Of a stretch of DNA of 60,885 bases, positions 59,260 through 60,885 are shown piece after piece. Source of the stretch: Acidimicrobiales bacterium (GTDB lineage: Bacteria > Actinomycetota > Acidimicrobiia > Acidimicrobiales > Palsa-688); assembly GCA_019241495.1 (NCBI GenBank), contig JAFAWZ010000273.1:1-60885 (forward strand), given 5' to 3'. The notes beneath the pieces are model-generated. The model saw only the letters and a program-made list of their open reading frames with translations. It did not search any database and had not been told where the DNA came from. Made by a program: the position numbers and the translations under genes. How positions within the stretch are numbered: position 1 is the first letter of the stretch; every line of letters starts with the position of its first letter.

Positions 59260-59478
59260 CTAGCCCGGAACCACCGGGCGGTCACCTCGAAGTCGCCGGG
59301 GTCTGATCCGCCGATAGAGCAGCAACAACAGGGGCCATTCCTGGGTAACAAGAACCGCCCAGGTCATTGCCTTGCGCATCGGCAAGCCCCGGGCCCTCGC
59401 GTCACGGAACACCCATCCCGCGGTGAACGACACGGTCGCAACCGCCACCAACAAAGCGGACAGGACGGGACCGCTCAT
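59260..59478 (-). CDS. small membrane protein (72 aa), hypothetical
   Basis: ATG 59478 overlaps the TGA of the ArsR-like frame (ATGA). Two hydrophobic segments. Confidence 0.35.
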   Translation of the reverse strand: MSGPVLSALLVAVATVSFTAGWVFRDARARGLPMRKAMTWAVLVTQEWPLLLLLYRRIRPRRLRGDRPVVPG

Positions 59479-59807
59479 GCCCCGACCCCGCCCAGCTTCG
59501 AATGAGCCCCGCGCCCACGGATCGTCGCCTTCTTGGGCGACTCGTTGAGCCGGCCCATGTCGGCAAGCTCTGTGACTATGTCCGCCAGCACAGATGTGGT
59601 GAGCGAGTAGATGACCTGCTGGCCATGCCGACGGCCCTCGACCAGACCGGCGGATGTCTACACGCCGAGATGCCGAGATACCGACGGCCACGACATCTCG
59701 AACTGGTCCGCGATCGCCCCGGCCGGCAGGTCGTCGTCACGGAGAAGCTTCAAGATCTTCCTCCTCGTCGGATCAGCCAGCGCCCGGTACGCATCGACAC
59801 CACCCAT
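59475..59807 (-). pseudogene. ArsR-family HTH regulator interrupted by an in-frame TAG
   Basis: Hand translation: MGGVDAYRALADPTRRKILKLLRDDDLPAGAIADQFEMSWPSVSRHLGV-TAG-TSAGLVEGRRHGQQVIYSLTT... The stop at 59658-59660 replaces the residue normally found in HL..L...GLV. Confidence 0.65.
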
Positions 59808-60168
59808 GGTTAGAACCTTAGCACACTTGCTAAATGATGGCGGAGGAATCGGGCTCGAACCAGGAAGTCTGCAAAGGTATAGGCATGTCCTCGGGAGCGC
59901 AGCCCATTGATGGGGAGGCCCCCAGGGCGGAGGGCCGCCGGGCGGGAATTTCGCTGGCGCGGGAGGTCGCCACGACGGAGGCGGTCCGTCCCCTGCTTTT
60001 GGAACCGACGGTCCGTGGGCCGGCGCGCCGCAGGATGGGCAGTACCGCGCGCCAGCTGGCACGTCGTGGCCGTTCTCGCACAGACCACCGAACTCGCCCT
60101 CGGCCATCACAGACGATACCGACCGAGGACTCAGTTCGCTGTACGAGACGACGCGCCCCGTCAACGGG

Positions 60169-60885
60169 CTACACCTTGGTGGGCTGGTGTGGCGGTGGCT
60201 CGGGGATGTCGAGAACCAGCTCCCGCTCGTAAGCCTCGGGGGGTTCTACCGAGACACGCGGGGTGATGCGTTCCAACCAGCGTGCGAAGTACCAGTTGGC
60301 CTTCCCGAACACGTGCATCAGTGAAGGGACGAGCATCGTCCGAAGAATGAACGCGTCGAGGAACACGGCCGAGGCCAGTCCGAGGCCGAAGATCTTGATC
60401 GGTCGGCCCGGGGTGAGCATGAAGCCGAGGAACACGGCGATCATGATGATGGCGGCCGCGGTGATGATGCCTCCGGTTTCGGCCTGGCCAACCGTGACCG
60501 ACCGCTCGTTGTCCTTGGTATGGACCCACTCCTCGTGCATCCGGCTGACCAGGAACACCTGGTAGTCCATCGACAGGCCGAACAGGATGGCGAACAGCAT
60601 GACGGGTATCCAGGCGTCGATCGGACCGCCTGGACCCGCGCCCAGGCTGTCGGAGAGCCAGCCGTACTGGAAGACGGCGACAGACAGGCCGAAGGAACCG
60701 GCGGCCGCCAGGAGGTTCATGACGGCTGCCGTCGCGGGGATCACCAGGCTGCGGAAGGCTATGAGCAGGAGGATGAACGACAGGCCGACCACTACCCCGA
60801 TGAACAACGGCATCTTGCGGGTGAGCACCTTGGCGAAGTCGACGTTGATCGCTGTGTCGCCGTAGGTGTAGATGCGGTTGGCGGT
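60169..60885 (-). CDS. MMPL family RND-type transporter, C-terminal part; 5' end lies outside the window
   Basis: GLSMDYQVFLVSRMHEEW and the LVPSLMHVFGKANWYFARWL C-terminus. The frame is open to the window edge. Confidence 0.85.
   Translation of the reverse strand, partial: TANRIYTYGDTAINVDFAKVLTRKMPLFIGVVVGLSFILLLIAFRSLVIPATAAVMNLLAAAGSFGLSVAVFQYGWLSDSLGAGPGGPIDAWIPVMLFAILFGLSMDYQVFLVSRMHEEWVHTKDNERSVTVGQAETGGIITAAAIIMIAVFLGFMLTPGRPIKIFGLGLASAVFLDAFILRTMLVPSLMHVFGKANWYFARWLERITPRVSVEPPEAYERELVLDIPEPPPHQPTKV

Noticed and set aside
56729-59660. Two in-frame TAG codons (56729-56731 and 58658-59660 region: 59658-59660) as evidence of stop-codon reassignment or pyrrolysine
   Set aside because: TAG is used as an ordinary terminator by well-supported genes in the same window, for example the VOC gene at 305-307 and tam at 2634-2636. 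The ATP-grasp gene also carries frameshifts. No pyl genes were seen.

Overview
High-GC, Actinomycetota-like chromosomal segment (GC judged by eye, not computed). It is densely coded, with many 4-nt ATGA/GTGA start-stop overlaps. I found no transposase, integrase, phage gene, rRNA or CRISPR array.

Layout from left to right:
(1) 1-4.4 kb: a VOC-protein fragment, a secreted G1 (eqolisin-type) glutamic peptidase, tRNA-Ala(TGC), tam, and a saccharopine-dehydrogenase-like gene.
(2) 4.5-9.3 kb, minus strand: a tightly coupled operon. It encodes a TlpA/MauD-like thioredoxin, a hypothetical protein, a MauE-like membrane protein, a Tat-exported 26-Cys MauA-like domain fused to six propeller-type repeats, a CcdA/DsbD-like membrane protein and a lipoprotein. 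An encapsulated-ferritin (EncFtn) homologue lies just upstream, and no encapsulin, mauB or mauG is in the window. This is my best candidate for an undescribed system.
(3) 9.3-14.3 kb: rarA, a phosphoribosyltransferase, two abutting gene remnants (nucleoside hydrolase and metal-ABC permease), an intact ZnuB/TroD-like permease and dedA.
(4) 14.4-28.4 kb: a roughly 12-kb minus-strand operon. It carries a tandem family-III CoA-transferase, TetR, hydantoinase A and B, a solute-binding protein, a LivH-LivM-LivG triple fusion and LivF. It diverges from a DUF35, thiolase-like and dihydroxyacetophenone-dioxygenase-like cupin gene set.
(5) 28.6-35.2 kb: nitrate assimilation genes narK, nirB and a nirD::nasA fusion.
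(6) 35.3-44.3 kb: a fur-family gene divergent from katG, an LLM oxidoreductase, an ABM protein, DUF488, a ferredoxin reductase, ClC-CBS and MarR.
(7) 44.4-46.1 kb: an ArsR regulator divergent from a NiCoT transporter that is preceded by a cobalamin riboswitch.
(8) 46.2-49.3 kb: small enzymes and regulators.
(9) 49.4-56.2 kb: an FtsX-type permease, a membrane protein, a NarL-type response regulator and an orphan receiver. These converge on a GAF histidine kinase and an ABC ATPase, with heptamer microsatellites in the permease leader.
(10) 56.4-60.9 kb: a decayed ATP-grasp gene, an FMN reductase, DUF167, hypothetical genes, an ArsR gene with an in-frame TAG, and a partial MMPL gene.

At least seven gene remnants or pseudogenes occur in this window. 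All functional calls rest on motif recognition in the supplied translations. No database search was run.
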